Of a stretch of DNA of 64,000 bases, positions 62,985 through 64,000 are shown in pieces. Source of the stretch: an uncultured Pseudomonadales bacterium (lineage in GTDB: Bacteria > Pseudomonadota > Gammaproteobacteria > Pseudomonadales > JANQJO01). The stretch is from NCBI GenBank assembly GCA_964510525.1, contig CAZECE010000060.1, positions 17,586 to 81,585 of the forward strand. The letters run 5' to 3'. Below the pieces are notes generated by a model. The model did no database searches. It was given only the letters and a program-made list of their open reading frames with translations, and was not told the origin of the DNA. The stretch's first letter is position 1; each line of letters begins with the position of its first letter. A program made the position numbers and the translations under genes.

Positions 62985-64000
62985 ATGAAATTTCGTTTTT
63001 CTGTTCTTATTTTATGTTTTTTTAACGCGGTTGCTTTGGGTAATACTTACTATCTTCTGGAACCAGAGTCAGTTTATGGTCCATTATCAGTTGTCAGTTT
63101 GACAGATAATAATGTGATTGAATTGAATGATCAGATGCTCAACCTCAATGCAGGAGAGTTTGGCGATTTGTCATTGGAAGGTCAGCTTGCGGCTGGAAGG
63201 ACGCTCTCAGGAACGGGGCCCTTTTCGGTAGCCAGTGATGTCGATGGTTTTGACATGCCTGTCTCAGAAGAAATGCTCGGTACTCGATTTGTGTTGCCAC
63301 ATACCTTGCTTACTCATTGGTACTACATATATAGCCCGGATACTGAGGCGACGGTTGAACTGGCCGTTGGTAGAAGCAGATCAAACACATTACTGACTGT
63401 ACCCGCTGGTGAAGTAGTGCCATTCAATGCTGGCACTAAGAAGCAAACGGCGGTTATTACATCAAATGTTGAAATAGCCATTTATCATGTATCTCTAAAT
63501 AAAAAAAAGAGGAAGAGAAGAAAGAGGAAAAAGGATGATGAGCCGGAAGTGGTTGAGCAACGTGAAGCAGGGCAATACGTTGTTCCCGTTGTGCCAGCTG
63601 AGTTCGAGCTTTTTGGGATTCACAGAAATACCTTAGTCGGTGTTTTAGAAGACAAAACCGAGTTAAATGTTTTTACCAGTGAAGGCGGAGCCTTCCGTTA
63701 TTCATTACGACAATATCGAAATAAAAAGTTACCACTCAGACCCGTGATGGCTCAAAGCACAGGGATGGCGGTTCGATTAGTTGCCAATAAACCGATAGGC
63801 GCCGTGCAATACGATGATGACGATGGCGAGGAAGCACTTTCCTTTTGGCCAAAGAGCTTGTTTAGAACGCATTACCGCTTGCCCTCAGATGCGCAATACG
63901 TAGCCGTGGTCTGTGATCAACCCAATACGGAAATCACTTTAACGCAACCAGACGGGACATCGGAAACACAGGTATGTCATGCCATTGGTGATGCGCCGGG
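62985..64000 (+). CDS. Hypothetical secreted protein, partial (continues beyond the window), with a polybasic insert
   Basis: My own translation runs from ATG 62985 (SD AAGGAA at 62973-62978). Signal peptide MKFRFSVLILCFFNAVALG. The frame is open to base 64000. It is beta-rich with an insert NKKKRKRRKRKKDDEPE. It is absent from the ORF track because no stop falls in the window. Confidence 0.7.
   Translation, partial: MKFRFSVLILCFFNAVALGNTYYLLEPESVYGPLSVVSLTDNNVIELNDQMLNLNAGEFGDLSLEGQLAAGRTLSGTGPFSVASDVDGFDMPVSEEMLGTRFVLPHTLLTHWYYIYSPDTEATVELAVGRSRSNTLLTVPAGEVVPFNAGTKKQTAVITSNVEIAIYHVSLNKKKRKRRKRKKDDEPEVVEQREAGQYVVPVVPAEFELFGIHRNTLVGVLEDKTELNVFTSEGGAFRYSLRQYRNKKLPLRPVMAQSTGMAVRLVANKPIGAVQYDDDDGEEALSFWPKSLFRTHYRLPSDAQYVAVVCDQPNTEITLTQPDGTSETQVCHAIGDAP
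63501..63535 (+). repeat. 35-nt pure polypurine tract including an A8 run
   Basis: AAAAAAAAGAGGAAGAGAAGAAAGAGGAAAAAGGA. It encodes the K/R-rich insert of the partial ORF. Confidence 0.9.

Overview
This window looks like core chromosome of a gammaproteobacterium at about 45% GC by eye. Gene order closely parallels Pseudomonas and Oceanospirillales, which is an inference from recalled synteny. Most of it is housekeeping. Blocks present are acs; hemC-hemD-hemX-hemY; truD; argH; cyaA; lptM-lysA-dapF; fmt-rsmB-trkA-trkH; zwf; rph; pyrE; argB-algC-coaBC; rpmB-rpmG; mutM; ggt; metK-ahcY-metF; the divergent tktA-epd-pgk-fba; and serA. I saw no tRNA, rRNA, CRISPR array, IS element or integrase.

I cannot support a clear multi-gene novel system. 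The items that the ordinary annotation does not explain are:
1. Three tandem ~128-bp, highly structured repeat units fill the pgk-fba spacer. Their substitution pattern suggests a plus-strand RNA structure.
2. A small islet of toxin-antitoxin debris sits between cyaA and lptM. It holds a ParDE-like remnant and a decayed TacAT-like pair. An intact TacAT-like module lies near truD, and its operator shares a half-site with the decayed copy.
3. A secreted YD/RHS-repeat protein lacks a C-terminal toxin module. It is followed by a secreted protein carrying a polybasic insert encoded by a polypurine tract.
4. An orphan periplasmic binding protein is translationally coupled to a membrane sensor whose last visible PAS domain is LOV-like.
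5. The phosphomannomutase has a ~400-aa two-TM, Cache-like N-terminal extension.

All calls come from reading the translations by eye. No database search was run.
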